A stretch of 64,000 nucleotides of DNA from Dimorphilus gyrociliatus (taxonomy: Eukaryota; Animalia; Annelida): assembly GCA_904063045.1 (NCBI GenBank), contig CAJFCJ010000027.1, positions 598,882-662,881 on the forward strand, written 5' to 3'. A program made the position numbers and the translations under genes. Below are positions 39,233 through 52,275 of the stretch, piece by piece (position 1 is the first letter of the stretch; each line of letters starts with the position of its first letter). The notes beneath the pieces were generated by a model. That model worked only from the letters and a program-made list of their open reading frames with translations, ran no database searches and was not told the origin of the DNA.

Positions 39233-42200
39233 ATGCCATCCATTGAAGATATAATTAATGTACTTCTTGAGAGTTCAGAGTTATATAATAATGCTAGTTC
39301 ATATTCTACTAATCCCTGCTTGAAACATCGAAAATGGTTTTGGTTCTTAGTTACATCTGGAAGTACTTTTGGTACTGGAATGATTCTAACATTATTATAT
39401 AATCTAATACACTTGTTCGTATGTAAACTTAATGAGTGGAAAAAGAGAAGAAACGATCCAGACGTCTACTTTGCATCAACAAATAATGAAATCGAGAGAA
39501 TAAGTTTTGCAACGTCACTAAAAATGAGAGCGCAATTAGTTATTTCAGGCCAAACTGTGAAAGGAAGAATACTAGTAAGTAACATTATAAAAATAAATAT
39601 GTATAATATATAAGTATAGATTGGTATCATCGCCTTATATATATATATATATAAATACATGCATTATTCCGAGCATTTTACAAATGTCAATAGATTTTCT
39701 CAGCTTTTGATAAAGCTTTGATCTTTATAGCTTGACATAATTTGCCTATGATAATTTCGACATTGTCCATTTAGTGTATGTATGAAACCCCTGTTCAATT
39801 CTATTATATATACTGTATATATATATATTTATATATAATTACTTTTATAGTGTTGTTTATTTCCCTCTTTTTTTGTTTTATAGATAAGTTTATCCTGCAT
39901 GTTCAGCATTGGATCGTTAATTATTTATTTAATTGATGAATCGTTGTAAATATCCCCCTTTTTTTTTCTTAATAATTATCTATCTTTATTAATTCTTTAT
40001 TTAAAAAGCTAAAATACTTGTTTTTTTATAATTGAATAAGATCTGGCGAATCTCCGGAAACTTGCCTAACATTTGCAGAAAATCTTCGACAGAAAATAGA
40101 TGTCTGCTTTCATTGTTTCTTCCTAATTTACTTTTTTATTCGGGTATGTGTAAGTTAAACCAAAATTTTTAATTAAACTTTAAATTCTTTAAATTTTTTT
40201 TGTATTAAATTAATTTTTATTAAATAGTTTGTTGCCGCTGATTGTAAATGGGCTTTTTGGTTAAAATTACATTCTATAATTGATATTTGTACCATTCCGC
40301 CAATGTTTTTATCAATTTACTTGAATCGACAATGGCTAGGTTAAATTTATTGTTATTACCAACAAAGTTACTTATTCTTTTTACTTTAACTAAAAGGTTT
40401 AAGGTTTATGAGAGCACTATGGATAATGACTGTACCAAAGATATTGAAATACATGAATATTTTACATTCAAGTAACGCTATTCATAGAGCTCAGTTAGTT
40501 GGTTATCTCGTTGGAGTATGGCTGGCTTCGGCCGGTTTTGTTCACCTTGTTGAAACGTCTGGAGATCCATTTAAAGATTGGAAAAATAGACAACAATTGA
40601 GTTATTGGGATTGTTTGTATTTTCTTGTAATAACAATGTCAACTGTCGGATACGGCGATGTTACTTGTACAACTGACATTGGAAAATTATTTATTATGGT
40701 CTTTATTATTGGTTCAATTTATCTATTCGCTAGAAACATTGACGTCATCGTACAAATTGTCGGAAAAACTGGCATGTATTCAGGCCAATATAGAAAACCA
40801 GCAGGCGTAGGGTAAAGATGACTATCACTATTATTAATATTTTTATTACTATATTGTTCTATTGTAATTAATTAATAGTAATTATTTTTACAGGCATATT
40901 GTTATTGTAGGTTCATTAACTTATTATTCCGTTAAGAACTTTGTTAGTGAATTCTTTTTGAAAGATTGGCAAAGTAGAAATATTACTCTTATATTTCTTG
41001 ATAGGTATAAAGTTATTGTTTTTTTTGAAAAGTTTCTCTATCTATTTCGAAATTCATAAATCTTCCTTCTTTTAAAGAGAAAAACCTGATTTAAGGACAA
41101 ATGCGCTATTTAAAAAGTACTTTACGAATGTAAAATTTTTTATTGGTACGCCAATGAATTCAAACGATCTTGAAAGAGTTAAGGTTAATAATTTCAAGTT
41201 AAAATTATGTTATTAATATATATCATTATATAAAGTTATAGCCGAACAGTGAGAAATTCTATTTTATTTAGTTGAAAGAAGCCGACGCCTTCTTAGCATT
41301 AGCTAATCCTCAAGCTGTTGATAGAGACGAAGAAGATGCTTCTAATATTTTAAGAGTAATAGCTGCTAAGAACTTTCATCCTGAAATAAGAGTTATCGTT
41401 CAGTTGTTAAGTTATGAAAATAAAGCATATCTTATTAATTTAGCACCCTGGAACGAATACGATCAAATTATATGCGAAGATGAAGTTAAGCTTGGTTTTC
41501 TGGCTCAAAGTTGTTTAGCACCTGGATTTTCTACATTAATCGCTAACTTATTCGTACTTAAAAAGTCTAAAAAAGTTTGTTGTGTTATCCTAATTCGTGT
41601 AAAGTCTTAAAAAAAATTCTATTTATTTAATTATATAGCAAAGGTCAAATCACGTAAAAGAAAAGAGTAATTGGCGATCGAGTTATATAACTGGTTCAAA
41701 TATGGAAATGTGGACGAGCGAATTTTCAGAATCATTCCATGGCTGTACATTTCTAGAAGCCATAAAGTATATATATATATAAACACAAAAATATGTTTAT
41801 ATCATTATTTATCATATTTTTAAAGTATATGCTATACTCACCTGGATTTATTACTTATTGGAATAAAAGCACCAAATAGCTACGGACAAAAAGGAATAAT
41901 AATGAATGCAAGTAGTAAATATACAATTGATGAAAATACTAAAGGAATATTTATATGCCATTCTGGAGATTATTTACGAAGTTTATTAAATTTTTGTAAA
42001 AAATGCCATAACCAATCGAATGATAAAGGAAATGAAACTAAATGCTCTTGTAAATCTAAAGGTTTGCTGCTCTACTGAAAAATCAATTAATTCTTATAAT
42101 TAGTATTGTTATTAGTAATTTACATTTAATAACTTATAGAGAGAGTTAGATCACATTCATCGCACATTTCGCCTAACCCAAGACATAGTCAAACGAATAA

Positions 42201-44126
42201 GAAGATATTAAGTAAACAAAAGAGAATTGAAGTCTCTGCAATGTAAGTCTTATAATTTACCTGTTAATTTCACTATAAACATTAATTACCCATATTTTGC
42301 TTTTTTGAATCTTTAGATCTGACGTATGTGACGATGATATTCCCAGTGATATTTATGACTTTACAGGCTTATTTCATTGGTGCGAAGAGGTTCCCTTTGA
42401 AAAAGCTTTATGGGTAAGTAGTTGTAAAAAGAAGTCATACTAATTTCATTAAAATTCTAATTTAAATATTTATTAAGAAAAGATCTAATCTCAACTTTCG
42501 AGATATAAAAGGTCATATAGTTGTTTGCGTCTTTGGTGGTAATGATTCAAATACAATAGGGTTATGCAATTTTGTGATGCCCTTAAGGAATAGTACATTC
42601 TTGAGGAAAGATTTAAAAAGTATTGTATTTGTTGGAGATGAAAACTTTTTAAGGAAAGAATGGGCTACCTTAAAAAATTTTCCTAAGCTTTATGTAAAAC
42701 CGGTAATGTTAATTATTTAAATTTATTCATAGTTTAACTATTGAAGTACACATTTGGAAAACATAATTACAGGGCTCTCCGTTGCATCGATCTAACCTAA
42801 GGGCAATAAAAGTGAATTCGTGTAGTATGTGCGTAATACTGAAAACAGATAAAACAGTTGAAGATATGATTCTGGCTGATAAAGAAACTATTATATGTAC
42901 CCTGGGTATAAAGTCAATGAAATTCTACAAATGGGCCGACCTGTGGAAGACTAAAGGCAATGATTTGCATATGACTGGTATAAGAGGTAATAACACCCAT
43001 TATACAAGTATTTATCATATATATTAATCAATTATTCTTTTATAGAAAGTATTGCCTCTTTAGAATCTACCCAAACAAATGAATCTGATATAAGCGAAGA
43101 TATAGATTCAAATGATACTGATCTTGAAACTAAATTAACTAGAATATTCATATTAGAAAGGTTTAAGAGCACGGAAGACAAGAAAGATATTCAGAATAAA
43201 AGTCTATATTATATATATATATATATATATATGCAGTAAAATATGAAAATCATATATTTAATAATTCTTTTATCTTCTTTAGAATCTATACATCAATTAG
43301 AATTTTCTGGATCTCATATACCTCTTATAACCGATTTAGGTTGGGAATAAAAAATATGGGAGATATACTTTCTCTTAAAATATTTCATCTCTTTCCTCCA
43401 TTTTTCTTTACCTGTTTTCATTTCAGAATACGATTCAAATGTACGATTTTTAGATTTGGATAATTTTCAAGATCCTAATTTACCATTTAGACTATCATTA
43501 CCTTTCGCTTGTGGTAGTGTTTTTACATCATCGTTACTTGATTCGTTGATATGCGCGGTAAATATTGCTATTTTATTACATTTAATTGCTGTGCGAGGTA
43601 CATGATCCACAATAGACTCTATCTTTTACAGACATATTTCAATCCTGACGCCATGAATATAATTAAAATCCTATTAACTGGCGCAGTCAAACCGGAATTG
43701 GACCAAATGATGGCCGAAGGTATTGGAATTGTAAAAGGAGCTGATAACATCCCATTACAATCTACCAGAAATCGATGCCGTGTTAATCAAATTGCGATGA
43801 CAGAAGCTCTTCTCTATTCATTCATTGGCCAAACTTATGAGAAGATGTTTTGCTCCTTACTCAATAACAAATTTATAATATGCTTGGGATTGTATAGAAA
43901 GTTAAATATACTTGACAAATGCGGATCATACGAACGATTTGTCATCACAAATCCACCTAAATCCTTAACCCTACATCCAAATGATTTAGTAAGATTTTCT
44001 TAAAATTGTAATTGGTTTTCTTACATTTTCTTTTTAATTATTATTTTTAAGGTTTATTGTTTAGTTCCGTTTGAAAAATCAAACGATTCTTTCGACTTCG
44101 ATACTAGTGAAGAGACAGTTAGTTAA
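39233..44126 (+). CDS. slo: Slo-family (BK/KCNMA1-like) potassium channel alpha subunit, divergent paralog
   Basis: 19 exons reconstructed (39233-39574 ... 44052-44126). S0 [19 protein letters not shown], pore [12 protein letters not shown]1 HIVIVG and [32 protein letters not shown]2 GHIVVC and NFVMPLR, PFACG and FVITNPP. Confidence 0.95.
43210..43232. repeat. (TA)n microsatellite in Slo intron
   Basis: Direct reading. Confidence 0.85.
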
Positions 44127-44497
44127 AGAAAAAATTTCAAGTTAGTCTTCAACTACAGATTGTTTCCTTTTAATATAGATAAATGAATAAATACTTTACC
44201 ATCTAATATATACTATTCAATGTAATATATTAATATACTGGTGTTTCATTATATGAAATATAATTCTTTTAATTAAGAAAGGCTTAAATATAGGTCTTTG
44301 TAATTTGTATTATGTTATTATATAATAATTTCCTATTATTAGTAGTAGTTTATGAAAAAAAATATTCTCATTGATCTCTATTCGTAGGTGTTTTAAATTT
44401 ATCGTCCAGGAAACATAATAAATACATTGTTACAAAACTATAGGTGTATTACTTTAGTTGGATATCGAAAAGAATAAAAATTAAATCAGAGAATAGC

Positions 44498-47400
44498 TTA
44501 ATATAAATAGAATATAACAAATGTTAAAAAGAAAAGATTTGAAGGTAGTTTTCTATTCGCTTCTGATCCTAACATATTTGCTGGAGGTAAAATTGCTACA
44601 TTGCAGTATGATTCTGGACAGCACATGTAACAATTTTCTTCTTCTAACCTATTCCACAATTCGATTACTGTATCAGAGTGAGGTTCCATATCTTCTTGTG
44701 TTACATCTGGTCGATCGCTATTAGGAGAGATAAAAACAATAGATTTTATGTCATACAATATCACTTTATATAAAGCTTACTTGTTTACTGTATCAATAAG
44801 ATATTTGCTTAAATGTGTACATAAATCCGACTGTTTCTGCGTACATTCAGCCTTTTTAGCGCATCCTTTCTCAAAGTTATATACTCCATCTTTCTTTCCA
44901 AGTCTATAGATACAAGCAGTTTCAGTTGCTTGGCAAGCCACTGGTACTCCTCTACATTTGAATATATCATTAATATTTGTAACAGTGTGTTTACAAATAG
45001 AGCAGTACATTTCTGTAAAAAGCGTAATTAAATTCATTTTTAGTAGATATAGTATAAAAAGAATTAAATGAAAAAGAAACCTTCACATTTTCTATTTGAA
45101 CAAAATTTGTGCTCGTAATTTAAAAATTCTCGCTTTATTGTACTAGAACCATTAGCATTATTGACAGAATCATCTTTAAGAGTACATAATCGCTCTCTTG
45201 TTTGAATTCCCATTCCACAGTCCTTATCACATTCACTCCATAGTCCAAATTCTCCGCAAGTTTTTGTTAAAGAACATTTTTCAATTTGACACGTTTCTAT
45301 AACATAACCGTTACCTATACAATCGCCTCCGCCCCATTGAGGAGGTGGGCTGTCGCATAGTCTTTGTTTAATTCTTATTCCAGGGCCACAAGTCTTGTCA
45401 CAGGTAGACCAAGCGCTCCATCGACCCCATTTTCCGTTTACAGCTTCGCCACATTCTCTATCTTTACACACCTCGACTATTTCATTAGCTCCTTCGCAAT
45501 CTTTACCATTTATAGGCGTTGGATTATCGCACTTTCTAGTTTTTGTTCTAAGGCCCTTACTACATGTTGAACTGCATGGAGACCAAGCTGACCACAATCC
45601 CCAGTTACCATCTCTAACTGAACAAGCCCCCTCCTCACATAATTGAACTTCGTTCACATTACCCTCACAAGCCTTACCTCCATTCAATGGTAAAGGATTA
45701 TTGCATAAACGTGATCTCGTTTTCACTCCTGTACCACAAGGAACTGAACAAAGTGACCATCCGTTCCACCCACTCCACTGCCCATCACTTATAACTAAAT
45801 TAAACAATACCTTCACAAAATCTTTTTGGTTTTATATAATTCACTTACTTAAGTCACATTTAAATCCGGTGAAGGGCAACTTGCACAGGCATTTATAACT
45901 CCCTATATTGTTTACGCACTCTCCGTTATTCAAACATGGTTCTTCTTCACATTCATCTTTATCAAATTCACAACTAGTACCCTTAAAACCACTCGGGCAT
46001 AAACAGTCTCGACTACCAGGTACTTTCTCAGTGCACACTCCACCATTAAGACAGGGATTGATCATACACTCTTTAATTTCTACATTTAGATACTTAAATA
46101 TAAGTAAATATACAGTATATACAGTCTATGTGTATGTATATCTTATTATGAAAAATTTGAAAATACCTCTCTCACAAACTATTCCAGAATAACCTGATAA
46201 GCATACACAAGTCCAAGAATTGATACCATCTACACATTCACCTCCATTCTTGCACTCTACGCTAAAGCAATCGTCGATGTCTTTAAGAAAAAGGTGTTTT
46301 CTTAATTTTAAATCAGCTATTTCTTAATGTTTGATAAAATTAAATAAAGACAAACTTTCTGCGCAATCTTTTCCTGTAAAACCTATTGCGCATTCGCAAG
46401 TATATGAATTGGCTCCATCTAGGCATGTACCTTGATTTCTACACGGTTTTCCAGCACAATCATCAAGATCTAGAGGAAAATAAAATATCTTTAATCCGTA
46501 TAAAAAGTATTTTAATATATCATTGCTTAATTATACCTAATTCACAGCGCTTTCCTTGAAATCCTGGAGGACAGGCACAAACATAATCGTCAATATTAAA
46601 TTCCTGGCATGTACCGCCATATAAGCAAGGATCACTTTGACATTCCGAAAAGTCTGTAGTAGCAAAAGTAATTTGTTTAATTATTCATATTTGATGAAAA
46701 TAGATATATATTACCTTCATCACAGTTCTTTCCTGTCCAACCACTTTCACAAAAACACTTATAATCTCCAATATAGTGAGTACAGTTGATGGCATTTACG
46801 CACGGATTCGATAAGCATTCATCGTAATCTGAACAAATTAATAGTTAAACTAACAACATTATAACCTATAACTTTTACCGCTTTGACAACGAGATCCAAA
46901 ATATCCAGATGTACATTCACACTGAAAAGCATTAACCATATCAATGCAGGATGCATCATTGAGGCAAGGATCTGATGCACAGTCATCTATATCTAACAAT
47001 TAACATTGATTTTAGTTCGATAATTGAGGTAATTTATGAACAATTTACTAATTTCGCATTGTTTTCCTGCATATCCCGGATTGCAAGAACACGTATAATC
47101 GTTAACTCCATCCTGACATGATATAAATCTATTCAATACACAAGGTTGACTTGCACAATCATCGATATCATTATCGCAATTCATCCCATCATAACCAGCA
47201 AAACAGACACATCTATAAGCATAACTTTCATCAAAACAATCTCCGTTTACACAAGGATTTGAAGCACATTCATTTATGTCAGCAATTAACACACTATTTT
47301 CACAAGTAAGCGCAGAAACGACATAATTAGCTTTCTCAGATGAGCTTCCCATATCTCCTCCTCTAACTTCCCTAAGTGGTATGAGCGTCTTGTCTGTAAA

Positions 47401-49486
47401 CTCTCTACTATCTTTATGCCATGTTCCTGCATTGGAATCACATTTGCATTCGCCATCACTATCACAATTATCGGAGAGAATACAAAGCGGACATCCACCT
47501 TGAAACAATGGAGCTGTCAATCTATGGACAGAAAAATCATAAAAACTTAGAAACCAATCTCTAGCAGTAACTCTATAACAATTAAATTCAAAATATTGTT
47601 TGCATAGATGTGAAGAATTCTTTAGAGCTTCTATTTGACGATTAGAAAACGGTGTGTATAGAATTGCTCTTTTATATCCTGCTGTTGGTTCAATATTTGT
47701 TTTCCCAGCATCTATCGGATCTACTCCTATATTTGGTATCATTTTAGTAATAGTCACATTTTCATTAACGAATTCACAATAAACTTCTCCGGCAGTGTCG
47801 CATACTTTGACATAGTACTCTCGATTTAGGGTCAAGCCAGTATTCAAATCGATAATATCGTTAATGACGTCATGAAAAAAGCATGTTCTTGTATCTGAAT
47901 ACCAGCTAATGGAGGTACAATTTGCAGTTGACAAACAAAGATCCCCACATTCTTTTTCATTAGTGAATTGTAATGTATATAAAGATGTAATATTATCATT
48001 TTGAGCTAAACCGCTAAGTACTTGTTCCATACGACAGGGTTCAGCAGTTTCTACCAAAGTTAATTTATATAAAGCATTCGTAGTAAATCCCACAGACTTC
48101 AAGTGAAGACAGGTTGTAGATTCACCATTTTCACAGAACTCTCCTGTATAAATACCTTGACTATCACATTCGCAAGTATATTTGGCAACGCCAGGTCCGA
48201 TAAACCGTGTATTCGTGCAATTGCCACCATTCTTACAAGGAATACTAGCACAGTAGTCTGTGGGAATATTACACAGGGAACCGGTGAAATCTGGTGTGCA
48301 AGAGCAGTCAAATGATCCAGTTAATCCATCTCCAGAACAGGTTGCGTTATTGAAACAAGGATTAACTCTACATGGATCAGAATCTGTTCAAATGAATACA
48401 AGAGATGTATATCATGCTTTATTTCTATTATTTCTCTTTATAAGATGGTCAATTTTAAAATAATTATACACTTACAATAACAACCACCAATTTCTAACTT
48501 TATACATATTCTATTACTCCATTCTAAAGGGATAAGTCGTAAATATCTACCAAATTCGTTCAGTGGATGTGCTTTGAACTTAGTCGGCGAAGAAGGGCCA
48601 GCATAGTCAGCTTGACTAGAGTCTATCCATGTCACTTTGTCAAAGCTGAATTGTAATTTGTATTTTGTAACATAGTCAGATGATGCAGGAAGTGCTTTTG
48701 CAGCAATACCAACAATGGCTTTTTCTTCAAGTAAATCTATTTCTAACCACTGGTCTGTATCTGATATATTTGCACACCAAGCAAATGCCTTAGTTAACTT
48801 AGCAAAATTTGGTGAATAGGTAGTCCCTCCTTCCACTGCTGAAGTAGAAGCCGTAAACGCTACATCTGATAAAGTTGCAAGAAGATGATCTTGACATGTA
48901 TATTTCAAACCTTTACAATATGGTATATTGGATCCACAACCGTACCAATAATCGAAATAATCATCCTCATAGCACCAAGGATAGTCATATGCATCCGGGT
49001 TTCTACAATAATTTGACGCGTCTCTCACATTGTCTTCTGGAAATCGATTTGCTTCATAACCTGAATGTTCCCAATAATAACAAGGATAATCGTCATCGTC
49101 CAAATAACTATTGCCACCATATCCATCAGCAGCTTCGTTCAGTTTACAATCCTCTAATATACAGTAGCCCCACTTGTTGTCGTCTGCTAAATCTTCAACT
49201 ACGCCACACCAAGGTGCAGACTGACCACTAGTCTGACAACCGAAATAGAGATCGTTTCCTTCATGAAAAGGAAATTGACAATTAGCATCATTCCCAGTAG
49301 CAAGAGATATAAGAAAGGTGTTGGGACCATTGTCCGTGTCTACTCCGCTATGAGTTCTAACATGCGAATCTAAAAATGAAATGTAGAGAAGAAATGTTTA
49401 AAAAATATATAGAAATAGAAAATGAAGAGACCTCCAGCTAGTATATTTTCTATTAGAATTATTAAAACGAATTTCACTAGCAACAT
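44498..49486 (-). CDS. Mosaic extracellular protein: signal-FN2-kringle-F5/8C-EGF2-PAN-like-Caspr/COLFI-like-EGF9-TSP1x4-Ly6-like-GPI signal, about 1400 aa
   Basis: Exons 49486-49432, 49369-48476, 48383-47049, 46992-46879, 46828-46715, 46653-46537, 46469-46356, 46280-46167, 46079-45849, 45794-45081, 45012-44781 and 44717-44498 splice in frame. CQFPFH..Y.GC..PWCG (FN2), [15 protein letters not shown] (kringle), QWLEIDL..RYLRLIP (F5/8), WSxWSxC repeats (TSP1), CCPESYCN plus a hydrophobic C-terminus. Confidence 0.9.
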
Positions 49487-49828
49487 TCTCACTCTCCGTA
49501 GCATATAACTTTAACAAACGAAATTATTACAACAAATTCTTCAATTATACAATAAAATGTAATTTGAAATTGAACAATATTTTAAAAATGATCTCAATTT
49601 TCATTTTTATTGAACAAAAGGGGTGAAAATATTGAACGAAAAAATGCGTAAGAAAAATGACATATATTACATAATTTTTTAAATATAATATTAAATATAA
49701 CAGATCTCTTTCATTTCGCAAGAAATCAAGTACGTTTAGTAAGAATTACTTTAAATGGACTAGAAAATACAGGATAGAGATCAATAACCCACTTTTGCTA
49801 CTCTTTGCCTATTTAATATAAATATGAT

Positions 49829-49829
<1 letters not shown>

Positions 49830-49855
<26 letters not shown>
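49830..49855. repeat. (TA)n microsatellite
   Basis: Direct reading. Confidence 0.85.
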
Positions 49856-49860
<5 letters not shown>

Positions 49861-51226
49861 CGATGAGTACATCGCCTAAATTTGTCAGCGAGCCAAATTA
49901 TCGTTACGCTTATATAATTTTAAAACCAACTGACTTTTACCCGTTATCATTTCTTTGTGTACGTGTATTACTCATAATTACTGCTATATTTACTAGTATA
50001 TACCTCAAATCTTTAACGCGTATATTGGTAAAGTCGGTGAAAATAGCTTTAACCTTCACTCGCTACTCATTCATCGACTACATATATATATATATATACT
50101 TTGTAACTAACAAGTCTCATTTAAAAGTTAAATTAAAGCTGACATAGAAAACTAATAACTAACAAAGTTCCCTGAATGAATATCATCAGAAAGTATATAA
50201 TCATTGACAGGTTTTAATTGAAAATACTATAAGACTGCTTAAGCAAGTACAAACATCCGATAATAATATTATGAATCATCAATTTCATTTTAATAATTAA
50301 ATAGGTTGCACAAATTGACCTGGATTAAAGCCAAAATAATAAACTCCGCTTGTCGGATGTAACATCTAGCAATTGTAACATTTAGATTAGAAACATCTTA
50401 TAACATTAGAAATCTGCTCTTCCAGGACGGAGAAGAAGCAGGGATGGCAAAAAGGACCAAGGGAAAGAGTTTGATATGCAGTATGTATACAAATCGAAAG
50501 GAAAGTTTATCCAGTTATATGTTTCATAAATTCTAGGCACAATCTCTCTCATTCTTCAGTTCTTTTCTCTCTCTTTCTCTCTCTTTCTCCCTTCCCCTAT
50601 GGATAGTTATTTAGATCAATATTTTTTACTTTTAATTTATATCCAGATTTTCGTTTCAAAAACAACATCTGCTTTTTTTTCTCTCTCTCTTAGAAGACTC
50701 TTAAAACTATTAAATGTTTCTATCTATATCTATATATTCAGCATATACTAATTATACATATTTTGACTGATATTAACAAGTTTTTAACAAAATAATTGAA
50801 ATGAATTGAATAAATGTTCAAGTTACTATTATGCAAATTAAAGACAGATTAACTAGATTTCAAAGTTTAAGTACCATTGGTCGCTAATTATTAAGAGATT
50901 ATTTACCTAATATACAACTATATTACTAAACTACTGGGAAGAGATGCTTCCAACTTCCAAATAATTTATTTATTTATCATATTTCTCTGAAAAATGAATA
51001 TAATACACTTATTAGATCTTTGTTTTTAATAGTTTCCGGTTAAAAATACTTTGGGCATTTGATATAAAAGTATAACAATACGAATAATTTTGTCTCCAGA
51101 TGGCGCGTTAGATCAAATACACTAATACAATCCATTGAGCATTCTACCAGGCCAAATCTATATGGCAGAGCCGTTCAAAAGAATTTAACCCAAAAATTGA
51201 TTAATCAGGCAATATACGAAATATCC

Positions 51227-52240
51227 ATGGCAGCTGATGAAAAAGGAATATTTAAATGGTTCTTAGTAGCTGCATCGTTTATTGTTCAATCAATAGCTAC
51301 TTCAATTGTTTATTCCTATGGAATTTTCTACATAGAATATTTGAAAAAGTTTGAATGGAACCATTTAAGAATTTCTTGTATAGGTGCCATGCTCATGTCG
51401 TCTGCTGTTTTAGGCGGTAAGTTTTTACCATTGAAAGATCTAGCAGAAGAGAACGATTTTCTTTCGTTAATAGAAACTATATGCATTTAAATTCTGATTT
51501 TAATTACTTGAAAGTAATGTACGAATAGAATTCAAAAGTAGCTAAAGCCATAGCAATAGTATCAATAAAGCAATAAATATCATATTAAACAATCAACTAA
51601 AGCGTATAAAAGACGTCAAATATTTCATTTATTATCTGTGCTCTAAACAATTTTTTTTCCCCCAACATTGTCCTATTCTACTATTTTGAACAAAGGATTA
51701 TTGGTGTAGCTTAAAGTAGACAAAGCAAATAATTATACTTTATCAATTTCATGAACAGAAAAACAAATCATTTTCTATGAGGTCAGCTATTTCTATTCTA
51801 AATACTTGAAAATAAAACTTTCTCACCTTGAAATATTCTATTGCGTAATACATAACAGAATAATTATAATAATGATATACTATAACAAAACCATACAATT
51901 AATATAAAAATTGCTTTGAAAGACTAACAATCTATACAATATATATGATATAACGATAATTATATGTTACATCATCATTATTCAATTTTGTACCAATTTC
52001 TTTTCTGTTCTAATATTCTCTTTATATAGAAAAAAGCTACACATACTCACTAAAACACAACCAAAAGGAAAGAAAAAATGTAGCATTATAGATAATAACA
52101 GTATTTTGTAAAATTTGTACAGAGATTTCATGGGAAAAAAAAAGAAAAGGGAAAATCCTTTAGAACTAATTAAGCTAGGCCTAAGTCTAAATACAATGCT
52201 GTTTATTTCAAGTTTATATGTTAATATTAAATATACATAT

Positions 52241-52275
<35 letters not shown>

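Noticed and set aside
1-49486. Apparent cluster of junction and cytoskeleton genes (formin, tetraspanin, claudins, plakin, GPI mosaic)
   Set aside because: Interspersed with unrelated genes in mixed orientations; no evidence of co-regulation.
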